A DNA stretch of 64,000 nt from Callorhinchus milii (taxonomy: Eukaryota), in contig NW_024704742.1 in NCBI RefSeq assembly GCF_018977255.1, positions 110,114,001 through 110,178,000 on the forward strand, given 5' to 3'. The position numbers and the translations under genes are program-made. Below the pieces are notes generated by a model that saw only the letters and a list, made by a program, of their open reading frames with translations, was not told the origin of the DNA and searched no databases. Within the stretch, counting starts at the first letter, position 1. Every line of letters begins with the position of its first letter. Of the stretch, positions 25,090 to 38,372 are shown piece by piece.

Positions 25090-25680
25090 CAGAATCATAG
25101 TTTGTGGGTAGAGCGATGCTGTAATAAAGTGATGGTGGGGGGCGTCTTGGTGGCAGTGCTTCTTCTTCAGATGAGATGTTAATAACAACACATTGCATTT
25201 ATATGGAGCCTTTCATGCGGGGAGGATGTGAAGGGTTTGCCCCTGAGTTGCGGGCCTTGAGCCAGGAGGGGTGGAGGGCAAGGAGGGTGGTGGTGGGAAG
25301 ATTACCGAATATATCGTCGAAGAAGGAGGTCTTGAGATGGGCCTTGAAGGGGAAAGGAAGGGGGGAAGGCGGAAGAGCTTCGGGATGGATTTCCAGAGGG
25401 TAATCAAGGTCTTGTCTACCTGTTCAAGCGGACATTAAAAATTCTAGGTCATTATTTTAAAAGAGGAGTGAGTTTCTCATGGGGTTCTGACCAAAAATCC
25501 TCCAGATAGATTGGTCATTCACTTTGTGGTTGTTGTGGGACATTGCTGCGCTCAAATGGTTGCCTACAAAATAGACTGCTATGTTTGCCTACAAAATAGG
25601 GTTACTACACTCTGCTGTAAATGCTCTGAAGTGTTTCAATAATATAAGGTGATATATCAAATGCAATTATAGGATTATTA
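25090..25680 (+). mobile_element. Old Deu-domain SINE interrupted by an antisense L2 3' end (~25181-25404)
   Basis: Deu motif GATGAGATGTTAA|...|TCAAGGTCTTGTCT resumes after the insert; insert has a CAACA tail and stem-loop on the minus strand. Confidence 0.7.
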
Positions 25681-27059
25681 CTGTAACATGATGTTTGAAA
25701 AACTCAATGCCTAGGACACAAAACAATTTGGAACTTTTTACAATGCACAGAAACACCATCATATTTTTCAATATGGATATAATAATTCTATAATCTTTAC
25801 ATTTGATATAATGCCTTTCATGTTGGAAGGACATCTCAAAGCACTTCACATGATATAATGTAAAGTGTAGTGACTGTGAATTTTACAGCTTTATTTCATA
25901 ACATGCTGTAGTCGGGTCCATAATCCAAACATCATATTATAACAAAACATTCTAAAAATCACATCTTATGCTCCATAAAAAATATATATTTAAGTGCATT
26001 CCTATTTATTCATGATATTCCAATATAAAAAGTACTCAGTGTTGTTTGTGGGGATACTGTACAAGAATACATCAGCCCAGATGTTAAAATATTGACTCTT
26101 TTATGCTTTTAATTGGTGACCTTTGGCACAATTTCCTGCCAGCAGGGTCACATGATGTTGAAATAAATTAGGTCCAGTGCTACTATAGTCATAAGAATAT
26201 TAAAATGAAACAGTTGACAATTCATTACAGAAACAATTGAAAAAAGCAGAATATACAAACTACAAAACAAAAGAATCCAGTGTAAATTGCAAAGAACAAA
26301 CGTATTCAAATAAAGGTAGGGGCCTTTATATTTAAATATTTTTCATGGTGTAATTATATACATAGTAAGATAGCTGCTAACTAACTTGTTCACCAGCTTC
26401 ATAACCCTGTAGGGACCGAGCTACAATTGTACTTTCCATTGTATTGATGCCCGCTTAATTTTATTCTACAGATGCTGAGAAGTGTTAACATTCGCCGATT
26501 CTGGTGCTAATGTTGCTGTGGATTACCTCCCTGGATTACCTCCCCTGTCACAATAGTTTTCTTTCAGAGGCAAGTAGGATCTTGGTGGTAAAGGGTACAT
26601 AAACTATGATTATGACAATAGTTGATCATAAAGTTCATTGTGTAATAATATTTGTTTTCCCTTTTTGATACAAAGCAGGAAATCCCACAAGACTGCACCG
26701 GATCCACAATGGCCCAAATCAGATGAAATCATACCACTTACTTCAACAAAACTGGCGGCAAATGGAAGGAAGAGGGCATTTGGAAAGCAGAAGGTAGGTT
26801 TAATAATGTAACAGACTGAAAAGTGTGACCTTGCTGGCTAAAGCATGCTGATTCAGCACTGCATTCTTTGCTACACTGCAGCAGCCTTTTTCACTTACAA
26901 TCTCAGTGAGGTTCAGAGTTCCATATCAGAGCACTGCAGCCTCTCTCCCAGTGTGTTTGAAAACATGAAGCTCAGAACTGTCTCCACAGGGGACGAGCAC
27001 CACCAGCTATGTCACCACTGGCCTGGCCAGCTAGGAATGCTAAGTGAGTAATGAACATG

Positions 27060-27520
27060 ATTTACAAAAAGCAACCTTACTTCTCAAATGCAGGACGAAA
27101 GGCTGGATTGATGAAACCCAGCTGGACCGGTGCCCAGTAGGAATTCTGTGCTGAACTGGGCAAAATTTAATGCGAAAGGCTTTTTGGGAGCATGTCCAAA
27201 AATGTCTGCTGTAAGGGGAAATGAGATAGGAAATGGCTTGTTGCTCAAAAGAGAGCGAAGAGAAGCGAGCTGTGAAGGTGAGGATATAGCTAAATAGGTG
27301 GAGAATGTGCACAGTATATAGAGGGCACAGGGTGCTGGGATAGGAAATACCAATAAGCCAGCTAAGATAAGTAGGAAGCAGGGACTGTTTGAAAGGTAAA
27401 CAGTTCATAATGGAAACTAGGCCAAAGCCAAGGAAAATAATGTACAGATAATTAAAGGAAAATGCTACGGAAGTGGGAGAGAAAGAGTAGAAGTTGAAAA
27501 TAAGTAGCACGGAGAGATTT
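27060..27520 (-). mobile_element. Old L2 reverse-transcriptase fragment
   Basis: Decayed PSTLCPLYT (cf. GSxLGPLLF), FPLTAD (cf. YADD), FALN..TEFLL (cf. FLQLNxxKTE) in the right order. Confidence 0.55.
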
Positions 27521-28259
27521 TAAATGATTTAAATTGAGAAATAAGTACCTTCTGTTGGCACAGTAAGTAGAAAAGAGAACCAATTAATTAAAAAGTGCCT
27601 CCGTACTGGGGTTCTTACTAGGATTGTAGTGATTCCATAATATTTGAATTATTCAGTTTATACAGTGCTAAGAAGATTCAATCAATTCTATTTGGTGCTT
27701 CTTAAATCATAGATTATGTGAATCACAGGGCATGACTGAAATTAATTACAAGTTACTTTTTAAAGCAAACTAATTTTTTTGAATGTATTGCATCATTTGA
27801 GATGGCTTCATAGAAATAGAAAGATTAACCCTTTCATTAACCACTGATTAAAAAAATTCAAATGGATTTTACTGCAATATCATGTTCCATTTAGAGCTTG
27901 GTTTTGTTGTGCTAGCTGAATAAGCCTATTTGAAATTATTATTATTTTATTAAATGCATTATTTTTAGCATGCTGAACACTTATCTATCAGAAGTGTAAT
28001 GATTAGTCGCCATGTAGAGTTAACTCATGGAGTATTTGACAAAACAGTATTTAGTATTTTTTTAAACTTTGCTTCTGCCTGCTTCTATTGAAGAACTTAT
28101 CACCTTCCTCTCTTCTGGGTCTTCCAAAGGCCTGCTCATTGCACAGGATAGGTGGATGGGTGACCTGCCACAGGCCTTGAACAAAGCTACTGTAAAATTG
28201 GCTTTTAGAAAGTGTACGAGTCAGGCCGAAAGCAATCAAATGTTTTGTCTCCATAGCTT

Positions 28260-28517
28260 GAACTTGTAAGAGGAACAGAGGACAGAGAGTTGTAGGGATG
28301 TGGAATGCCCTGCCAAGTCAGCTAGTAGAGACAGAGTCTATTGTGGGTTTCAAGAGGGAAGTAGACAGATGTATGAAAATTAGAGGCTTGAAGGGTGTGG
28401 GGATAGGGTAGGGCAGGGTGATTGAAAATACGGCTTGTTCTGAGAGCCAGTACAGACTCAATGGGATGAATGGCCTACTTCTGTACTGTAATTTTCTATG
28501 GTTCTATGATTCTATGG
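28260..28517 (+). mobile_element. CR1 LINE 3' end
   Basis: GTGGAATGCCCTGCC...GAATGGCCTACTTCTGT followed by the CR1 octamer tail (TTCTATGG/ATTCTATG)n. Confidence 0.8.
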
Positions 28518-29181
28518 TAGGATTTGTATTCTGAAAGGATGATGTGAAAGGCATTTTTCATTCAATCATGTGATTGCTTTCCCTTATGTTCAGTACCTCC
28601 CCACAGCACACGACTGAGATAGGTAACTTGCTGGGTAGAAGTCTACAAGAATGAATCTGTGCCTCATTACCCCTGTGGAGTGAAGCAGTACATTGATATA
28701 TTATGAATATAATTTTATCTATCTGTACAGTTTATGAAGCAGTTCTAATCAATGTGTGGTTTCCTCTATGTGCCAGCGGTTGTGAGTGAAGAAACTTTTA
28801 ACAGATGATACTTGTCACTCCATGCTATTGAGGCATGAAGAGAGCCACACTGAAAGACTGTAACATCAAATCATTGCATGATTATTGAGTGATGAAGTAA
28901 AATTGATCACTGGAAAAGAGCACAGTCAATACAGTTATTTTTTAATTTTTAAAAGCATTATAGTTAAAAATGTATATTGAGATAAGGTGCTCTCAAAACC
29001 TATACCTGACAATTTTTTATTTCCAAGTATTGCTATGTTTTGTTACATATAATTTGTTTGTTTCAAGACCCAAAATTTCACCTTGTCTTACAACACTTAT
29101 ACTTATACTTAGCATCCTTCACATCGGAAAGATGTCCCAGAGCGCTGGACAGTCAGGATTTTTGGGCCCCCAGTAATTAAG

Positions 29182-29376
29182 CTTAGCTTGTAATTAAGAT
29201 CATGTTGTCTTGAAATGTAAAATCATACAGAATTGTTTTATCTTTAGTCTTAATTTAAAAGCTGGTATTTTTATAGACAGCAGAAAACCAGTTTCCAAAA
29301 TATAACTTAACTTCAGAATTTTCAAAAATTCTACATGATTTTAAAATTTCAAGACAAAATGGTCTTATCGGCCAAG
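29182..29376. repeat. Palindromic (hairpin) element, copy 3
   Basis: Left TAAGATCATGTTGTCTTGAAATGTAAAATCATACAGAATT matches the reverse complement of the right arm, TAAGACCATTTTGTCTTGAAATTTTAAAATCATGTAGAATT. Confidence 0.7.
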
Positions 29377-30964
29377 AGCAGGTTGAATTTCAGGAACTGT
29401 TAGAGTCTCAATTGCCTGGTTTAATTTTCCCAGCATTAATTGTGATCCTTTCCTACCATCCATTATTTGATTTTGTCAGAATGTGTCACAACAGCCCCCA
29501 AAAAGTCTTGAGTGAACAAGCTATAAAACTCCCAAAATACATTTGTTCAACAAAGAAAGAAAGATTCTCTTCGTTGACATATTGCTGTTAGCTTCTCGTT
29601 AAAGGAAGGTCTTTTAACTCACCGTAAGTTTGAAAAGGATTTGGTTTCATACACTTTACAGGGTCAAATGGGACATCAGGAAGAAAAAAATATTCGTTCT
29701 AAAATCACATCTTATGCTCTTTTACCACACGCAGGCAAATAGTGGATGACTCATACCTGCTGCTTCTTGACTCCAGGTCAACTTCAGAACATAAATTATG
29801 TCACTGTTTTCATGTACATTTTCTCCAAATTATGACAAGCTTGGGTTATGGGGCGCAATGTGTTTCCGTCATTGTCAGAGGTTTATTTAAACTCAAAGTG
29901 ACTGTCAAGTAAATATTTTAGGGTAAGGCGTGTGAGTTGAGGCACCATGAAATTCCTGAGATGAGATATTATGTTCTGAAGACTTTGTGGCACTAAGACA
30001 TGTTGTCAAACACAAGTCAAAAGTCTTTAACAAGAGCTTAGGGGCTGTCACATCACAGGCTGAAGAATAACATGCTGTACGTACTACATCTGTACTCAGC
30101 CACTACAGTGTTCCAATAGCAACACTTAACATTTGGTACACTGAATACTTCTATTTCATTTATTTTTAAATGTCATGTTTAACAATGTCAACCTAGTTCA
30201 AAGCATTTTAGTTTCCATATTGCACAGGATACGAGTATCACATTTCCTTCTTTAGGTGAAAAGCAGCAACAGTTTGCAATAAACAGGAGCCCATATTGCA
30301 AAATTGATGCTTACGTCTTTACCACCACTCTTTTGTGATGTACTATATTTCAATTTAATATACAACAGCTCACTATGTCCTTTTTCATGTTGTATTTAAT
30401 TTATAATGCATACAAAAGATACTTGATAAGGATTTGCATCTCATAATTTCTTGATACTCTTGTAATTCAATTATATTATGTCATATATTTTAAATGTTTG
30501 TTTAAAACTTAAAGGAGTTATTCTGCTCTCTGCATGGCAGGGAACAAACTTACTGATGTTGGCTTTCCTTTTTTCTACTCCAAATCGGGTATATTTTGCT
30601 AATTTGTTCCTATGCCATTTTATATGCATAATTCAACTTTACATTCATAATGCAATCGCGTGCATGTTAAAAATGCCATACAGGTATTTCTAAGTAATTT
30701 TTTATGTGAATGGAAAGAAATTTGTGAAATTTACTGAACCGTAATAATGGTTAACTCACAGAAATTAATTTGGCACCAGGAACACACAGTGCAGAATATT
30801 ACCCTCAATGCCAAAGGGTATTTAGGTGCAGACTTTAAACAAGAGCTAAATTAATGTGTAAATTTAGAGCAGTCCCATCAATTTTATCCCCACACTTTCT
30901 CAATTTAATGATTCATAGTCACTAAATTATTTCCATGATATATGAACAACAAAAACTTTTAAAC

Positions 30965-31200
30965 ATCCTGCTTACTGGCCTCCCCAGCTACACCCTCCAC
31001 AATTTCTAACACTCTTCAGCCCACATTCCTCTGGAATGCTAGAATCCGCAAGTCTGTTTCCCCCCATTCTCGTCCAACTCCACTGGCTCCCTATCCCCCA
31101 GCAGATCAATTTTAAAATTCTCATCCTTAACTTTAAATGCTTCCATGGACTTGCCCCATTTTTACTTCTATGATGTCCTTTAACCCTACAATACTGGCTA
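30965..31200 (+). mobile_element. L2 ORF2 fragment
   Basis: Encodes QLHWLPIPQQINFKILIL..KCFHGLAP. Confidence 0.75.
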
Positions 31201-31734
31201 CTCAAGCCTGGACATATAAAATGTGGGCAAAAGCATGGATATGGGGATATAGGGTTTGAAAGATAGTTGGGAACCAAGCAAGAGATTCTGTACTGGCTTC
31301 ATGAAGTGGAGGTTGCATCTATGCAGGTTGGTGGTGTCAGTGCCTGAGGTGAATAGGTGCTGCGGAGTAGCATTACTTTGCTTTATGAATTACGTTGTTC
31401 CCAAAACACTGTTAATTTATGGCTGCTGGCTGATGCTGAAGGAACTAACATGATGGTTTGGAAAGCAGGTACAATGGGGAACACATTCCTTTAACAAAAG
31501 CATTCTTTTTCAGCCACTCCATTCCATCTGTGGCCAGCTGCTCCCCTGCCACTTACATGAAAATCTACTTATTTTGAGTGCCATTGTTGAAAGCAGCCAT
31601 CGGCCCCTGGTAGTTGGAAAAAGTGTGGTTGTTTTGAGGACTGGGTAATCTCACAGAAGTAGTTGAGGGGAAGGCGATTGTTCCAAGCACCATGTGTCTC
31701 GCAGAAGCTGGAGGTAACAAGATCAGCAAAAGTG

Positions 31735-31869
31735 ATAATAATAATAATAATCTTTACATTTGGTATAGCACCTTTCATATCAAGAGGACGTCCCAAAGTA
31801 CTTCACAGGATATATACTGTAAAGTGCAATAATTGTGTGTTTTGTGAGGTGAACGTGGCAGCCAATTTG
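31735..31869 (-). mobile_element. Older SINE tail, continuing at ~32190-32255 beyond the inserted copy
   Basis: (TAA)n tail and stem-loop; CCCACAAACAGC..TGACCAATT resumes after the plus-strand SINE. Confidence 0.75.
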
Positions 31870-31870
31870 T

Positions 31871-32182
31871 GGAGTCCTGTAGCTCAGTGGTTAGATCACT
31901 CGCCTTGCAAGCGAGACACCTGGGTTCAATTCCAGGCAGGGTGAAACCTTGGGCAAGTTTTCTTACTCCACACGCCTAATAATAATCCCTCCAAAACAAA
32001 GCAATAATAAATTTGTCATTTTCAATCCACGACTGTTTGTGGGACACTGCTGTGCGCAATTGGCTGCCGCGTTTCGCTCACAAATATACGATCAATTCAC
32101 TTTACAGTCTATTCTGTGAAGCACTTTGAGTCGACGAGAAGACATGAAAAGAGCTACATCAAATGCAAGGATTATTATTATT
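31871..32182 (+). mobile_element. Full-length short SINE
   Basis: GGAGTCCTGTAGCTCAGTGGTTAG...GGATTATTATTATT. Confidence 0.93.
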
Positions 32183-32345
32183 GCTATAATTGACCCACAA
32201 ACAGCCATGAAGTGAATGACCAATTTTACGTGGGGATTGTTGGCCAGCACACATGCTAGGATAGAAAGCCACCCCTGAGATCATGACATAGCTGGTAATA
32301 AAAGTGTGGGATTTTACTCTTTGAGCAAAAAGATGATGGGCAGAA

Positions 32346-32419
32346 CAACACCACCACCAACAACAAGAAGATTATATTTGTATAGCGCCTTTCACGTCAG
32401 GAGGACGTCCCAAGGCGCA
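32346..32419 (-). mobile_element. Extremely 5'-truncated L2 tail (similar stubs near 5685, 21800, 29110, 36910, 39395)
   Basis: (CAA/CAC)n then TATAGCGCCTTTCACGTCAGGAGGACGTCCCAAGGCGC, identical in the stem-loop to the L2 tail at 53830. Confidence 0.8.
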
Positions 32420-33739
32420 TTTGTACAGCATTTCAAATATCCGATAAGTGGACGTGCAACATCTGTACACAGAACTAACTTCCGTCTAAAGCAGAGAAAT
32501 GTGTGGGTGAATGCAGAAATAGCTGGAAAGAAAGAATGATTTAGTTAAAGGAACATGTTAATCATTGTACCTACTTTCCAAACCATCGTGTTTGCTGCAT
32601 TACTCTATAGCATGCTTGTGCGAATAAATTAACAGTGGTCTTAAAGCAGTCTAAAACGACAGAATTGACAGAGTAAAGTAATACTAGTCCACAGCTCACC
32701 TGTTAATAAGTACTAGTTAAGGTTTTCTTGCTGATAATGTGAAATTTGTAACACTGGAAAAGAGACCACCAGAATTTTGCTAGGATTTTAGCACGGGTTT
32801 CAAAATTTTAATCTGCGAATTCCATCTTCCTTCCCCTCATGCTAAGGTATGAATGATCTGTTCAGACAGAATGAAATGATATCTATTGTTTATAAATTAA
32901 TAAGCGTATGAAATATCTTGATATTGGACAAAAGAGGGAAATATTTATTCTCGATTTGATCATGTTGTACCTGACTGGGAGTGCTTGGAACTGACTGTAT
33001 GAATAACCAAAGGGGATAAAGTGTTCCATTCCACTGCATTGATATCAGTGTTCTGTGCCCCCGCATTAACAGTCTGAATGGCAAAGGACTAACCATTAAA
33101 AGTCTGAATGATATAGCACTGAATATCAGTAATCTGAATAAAAAAACACTACCCCTTATTAGTCTCATGATCCTTTTTTAGTGTATCAAAACAGAGTGGA
33201 TTTGGCAGAATTTGTGTAGCAATCTCTGGCCTCCAAATTCTTGTTAGTCTTGCCTCACCCCTCTTATAATAATAATGATTAGAATAAAGAATCCTTCCAT
33301 TTGATATGGCAACTTATATCAAAACATCACCTTTCTCCTATCAACATCAACTTGCATTTATAAAGTGCCCTTTTTGCGGTGTAGGGTCCTATGTGTAGAT
33401 TGCATCAAATGGTTTCCCTACTTACAGTATCATGGCCATGGCAAGGGGATAAGTTGAAGAAATCCAATTGTGTTGAAAGAAAGTTTAAAATGAAGAAATA
33501 CATGCATATATTGTGCTTCTGCAGAAACAAAGCTTTGACACTTAACCTTGTTTTTGTAACTATTTTATGAGTAATACAGTTTACAAAGGAATAAGAAACA
33601 GGGACAGAAGATCATAAAGTCCAGATATATTTTGGTGGAATGGAGTAAGAAAATACAAGTGGATTATGACATATTAATGTGCAGTTTATATTTAGTTACT
33701 TGGTTTGTATTCTCAGAATGGCTTTATAAAGACACAAGG

Positions 33740-34860
33740 GGACTCTAGAAAAAAACGGGATGAAAAAAGAACATTCAGTCTATTAAGTTCGTTCCTTCCA
33801 TGCATAATCGCCCTATTATCGACTTTGCCACACTTACTTGATTTCCTGAAGGAGGTCACTAGCCACAGGTAAAACACCCAAGATGATAAAGCTCTGTGAA
33901 ATTTCTCCGTGACCCCCCAGATAATCTTACAAAACTCCAGGATATCAATATAACATGACAAGCTACATTATTCAACCCTGACCACATGCATTCCACAGCT
34001 GACATTTCTTGGTCCCAGCAGCATAAGAACCATTGACTTTGATCATTTGATCGCCTGTGTCTATATACACCATGTACTGCCTTCAATTCCTTCTTGAACA
34101 GATATATTCTGGCTCTTTTTAAAGAAGTTAAATTGCAGAGCAATAACTGCGCATTCAGAGAGTCTGCTCCATGTTACCCCCTTCTAATCTGAATCCTCAA
34201 TCATGGTCTGTTAATTTGGTACTTCTGTTCCCTGGAACCACAATCAAAGTGTAACTGAAGCAACTTAGTTTCAGCTAATAATATTATCTGTCCATTTCAC
34301 CAATTTAAAAACCTTGATCATGCCCCCTATCAACATTTTTCATTGTAAGCATGTGAGACTTCCTTCAAAACATAGAACCCTATGTCCCTCAGTTAGCATT
34401 GTTGCTGAAATCCTCCACAATGCATCAACATGATTTTGCCCAATGTTACACAAAGTGGGATGAAAAATACAACGTTGGTGACATTTTATAGCAGATTTGA
34501 TGTAATAATCGTTGAATCTGTGGTGAAACATTAAATTTTTAACCCCAATAGTCTGAATGTGGCTCATCGACAAGAATGAAATGCTTTCAAGGTACATGCT
34601 GGTGCTTGACTAGCCTCGTTGATAATAGTTTTAAATGGTCTGGATACTTTTATTGAATAGTCAATAATCACTATCGCTAATGAACATACATTCACTATGT
34701 ACACGTTTCAGGTTTCCTGTTCCAATGTGCATTACCTTACACTTATTGACATTAAAATTCATTTGTCATTCATTAGCCCGATCTGGGTAATTTGCCCAGG
34801 TTCCTCTGAATGTTATCAACCTCCGTTATATTAGTCTCTTGTCTGCAAACAACCTTCTGT
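33740..34860 (-). mobile_element. Decayed CR1 LINE (3' region and ORF2 remnants)
   Basis: CCTTCAATTCCTTCTTGAA, AATTTAAAAACCTTGATCATGCCCCCT and CATTACCTTACACTTATTGACATTAAAATTCATTTGTCA (rc WQMxFNVxKCKVMH-like). Confidence 0.65.
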
Positions 34861-36269
34861 TCACCTGACCATACACAACCTCTAATATTCACAGTCATTT
34901 ACAATATGGATGGAAAAAAAATCCAGGTTCAAATTTTATAATCTGTGCCCTAATCTTTAGCCAATTGTCTTCAGTGAGCTGAAACCAGTTGCCCCAGTGA
35001 GTAACCTGAGGCACACAAATCTGCAGTTATTGCCAGGAACACACAGAAGAATGGGTTCATAGCTTATTAAAAAATAGGTGTAAAACTGACTTCAACATTA
35101 GAAATTTAATTTAATGTTTTCCAAAAATTAGACATGAACTTAAATTTCAAGGCAATGGCCTTAAAGATAAGAGGATGTGAATGTTTGATGTCTCAGGGAT
35201 ATGGCCCATTAACCTTATTCAATCCCCTGCCTCCAAAAGAGCAGACTCTAAGGCACTATGGCAGCAGATGGTTAAATGCCCTTAAATTGTTACAGCAGTA
35301 TCACAAGTCACCAGCAAAAGTTTACCTTTGCTTCACTTTGTAAGGGAGTCATGCCTTCTACATTGAACATTTTATCTAAGCAAATGGCTGGGTTTAAAAT
35401 ACTTCTCTTAAGGGATTGATCGACATGTCTCTATCTAGCAGTGGGAAAATTCTGTGAAAATCCCTTCTCAAAGTCACACGGGAACCATGAGAAGTCAGGA
35501 CTAGGCAGAATTCCACATACAAGTGGAACTGAGTGACAAATCTGGAGTTTGACTTAATAAGGAAGATAATGATAGAAAGGAGAAGAATGGAGTTTAGTTA
35601 ATGACCCTCCAGTATTTTGGAGAGCGTAGAGTGTAATTTCATGCAGTGCAGAAAGTTATTTGGGTTAATGCCATGTTTCTTTAGAATTTCTGGGAAGAAG
35701 GCCAATTTGTTATTAAAGTACGTATCTTGATTTGAGATGATACACACTCTCTGTCTCTTCCACAACCCTTACATTATTGGATTGTTTTCAATGTTTAGGA
35801 GTGTGGAGCCCTGAATATTATCTTCTGGTTGTGGAGTTACAGAGATTTGTTCATATAGCTCATGGCATTATCCAAATTCCAGTTCGAAAAACTGGATTAT
35901 ATTATTATAGGGCCTTTTAGACTGAGGGAGTGAATTGAGTCAAACTTTTCGTGCCTGCATATTTTTAACTTGGAGCTGCCCTGAACAGAATGCTGATTAA
36001 GTAATCAAAGTACAGGGTTAAAGCGATAAACTTAGTAATAACATTCAGAGGTCACAAACCTCTTGCTAAAAAATTCTTAGTATATAGGACAGGACATATT
36101 TCTGTTGTCCCAAACCAATCCCCCCGTCCTGTAGTATTTTCTTAATCGTGGATTTCAGCCTTACTGTTAGCACAAGGCAGAACTGAATGTCATTTAATTT
36201 GGGAGAACTAAGAATAGTTTAGTTTAATATAATTTCTTCCTATATAGAGCTTCAGATCAATGTGTCAGA

Positions 36270-36620
36270 ACCATTTTTGTCCAGCAGGGGAAGAGGATTA
36301 AGGGTATACCCTGTTGTACAATTTAGGATCAAATTGATCTCTAAACTGCACATGCCACCCTTGGACCTGAACAATGGAAGCAGACTGAGAGCTGCTGGCG
36401 AAGAGCCCTTTGAGATCGGGATCACCTCTGATTTGGTCCCACTGATTTAGTACACAAATAGCAAATCACCATGTTGAATTCCCAGTGGAGTAGATTGGCT
36501 GACCTCACTGGATTAAATGAATAAAGAAAAGTGATGTCTACGTAAAGAGACACCTTATGGGACTATGTCCCACTGGTCTTTTCTCAAGTACAAGTTGGCA
36601 ACATATCCACTTCAAGCATG
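36270..36620 (-). mobile_element. Possible second DIRS-like remnant
   Basis: Minus strand in order: LNQ-GTKS (~36430-36450), EINLI (36327-36341), VYP-PLPLL (36281-36310, cf. YAFPPxPL); spacing strongly compressed. Confidence 0.3.
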
Positions 36621-37849
36621 AGTGGTGAGAAAGAGTTAGAGCATGAAGGAGCAGCCCTGATGTGTACCTCTCCAGAGGGCGATTTTCTGTCAGTTGAGGT
36701 CACAGTATTGGGTTCAGCATATATAAGAAAACATGCAATTATGAAAGGATTCTCAGAACGCAAAGCAACAGTGAACATATTTCATGTATCATAAAGCTTT
36801 GAAGCTCACAATCGAGATCCCTCCCCTCTTCACCCAGATCATGTTGCATTAGTAACAAAAATGAAAGAAAATGCCCGTCCCAACTGGGATATAAAATTAA
36901 TGCTGCCAAATAACAAGAACAAATTATATTTGTATAACGCCTTTTACATCAGGAGGGCGTCCCAAGGCGCTGGGCAGTCAGCTGGGAATTGGGATCAGGA
37001 GGAATGGAGGGCAGGGAGGGTGAGAGTAGGAGAGTGACCGAAGGTGAAATAATCAATAAAAGTACAAACTCCTTTATCAGTACAGTACTATGAGTGAAAA
37101 TATCAGTGCTTGAATGAAAGATAGACCCAATGTGTAATCAGCCCATCATAAGCAAGGCATTCAAGCCTTCTCTGAAGTGGAAGTACACTTCCCTGCCTTA
37201 TTGTACTGCTATATTGTAGTGATGTGGAGCATTCCTAGAATTGGCTAGATCAGCCTGCATTTCACAAATTTCTCTGCAACAGCAGGGGTGGTTGTGTATA
37301 ATTTTTCTCCTCATTGACGATCATAAGTTTTGCTGGATACACAATTGTTCTGTTTTGTGTTTTTCTCAGAGGTTGAATTCCCAGCAGAGCTTTCAGTGGT
37401 CAGGATTAAAAATCTGGATAGAAATGAATCAGTTTCTCAGAGAGGCGTTCTTGACTCATTTTAAAAAAATGTGTGTATCACCAATCTGCAGGCACTTGAA
37501 CAAAATAGCATGTGGACATGCAGAGGGTCTGCCTCAGGGGACAGTGATCTGTGTGGACATTTAATTTAATTTTTTGTCTGGTAGATCAAGAAAGCCCATG
37601 AGGAGCTTTTGAATAAAATTAATGTAGTCAACCTTGCTCCATGCCCTTTGGTATCCTTATTAGGAACACATATTTGCTTCCTGTTTCCCAGTCTAAGTTA
37701 CTGGGACTGAATCATTACTTCTGAAACTGCAACTTGCTGTTTAGGAAAGTGGCCTTGCAGCTCCATAGGAAAATATTTTGTTCCTCCCACAGAATAGTAG
37801 ATGTACGGAATAGACTCCCAACAAACAAATTATGCATTGTTGATTAGTT

Positions 37850-38372
37850 GCTTAACAAAAACTGGTTAAATATCTGCTTGAGAACAGTATTGGAGGGTAC
37901 TCAGATAGATGCAGGCTCAAATGAGCAAATGTTCTTGGGACTGACCAGGGCATAAAAAATGCTCAAACTGCAAAACTCCAGTTTAACCAGAACCCCATGC
38001 TGGTTATGGCGCCTCAGGATTAAAGTATGTCTTGTACATCGTGCTGACTTGGGTGTCCTCAACTCCTACCCAAGATTGCCTTGGAGCAGAGATCTCACAC
38101 TTTGGTATGGAATACACAGAGATCCTCGCTAGAGATCCACTTTATATCCTGAAGCACTTTCTCTGGTTTATGGAGATATTTATGCTTTATTATTCAGGTG
38201 CCATTGCCTTTGGGGGTTGGAGATGCCTGTGCAGAACTTTCTCCGGTGTGTGGAGGGGAGGTAGTGGTGAGGTAGATGAGGTGGAGCCCGTGACAGTAGA
38301 TTATATGTCTGTGAAAGAATGCAAGGTTGATAGGTTGAATGTCCTTTTTATGTTCCTCACTTCTTACTTCTG
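37850..38372 (+). mobile_element. Very decayed CR1 3' region
   Basis: Ends GATAGGTTGAATGTCCTTTT..TTCTTA, resembling the CR1 3'UTR seen at 33770 and 28470. Confidence 0.4.

Noticed and set aside
26402..26430. miR-10-like start ACCCTGTAG
   Set aside because: Similarity ends after the seed region and there is no precursor hairpin.
31871..31945. tRNA-Ala(TGC)-like sequence (and equivalents in other copies)
   Set aside because: SINE head: the acceptor stem does not pair and it runs directly into the SINE body.
32700..32753. Minus-strand 54-nt segment with good splice sites
   Set aside because: Stops in all three frames and no other support.
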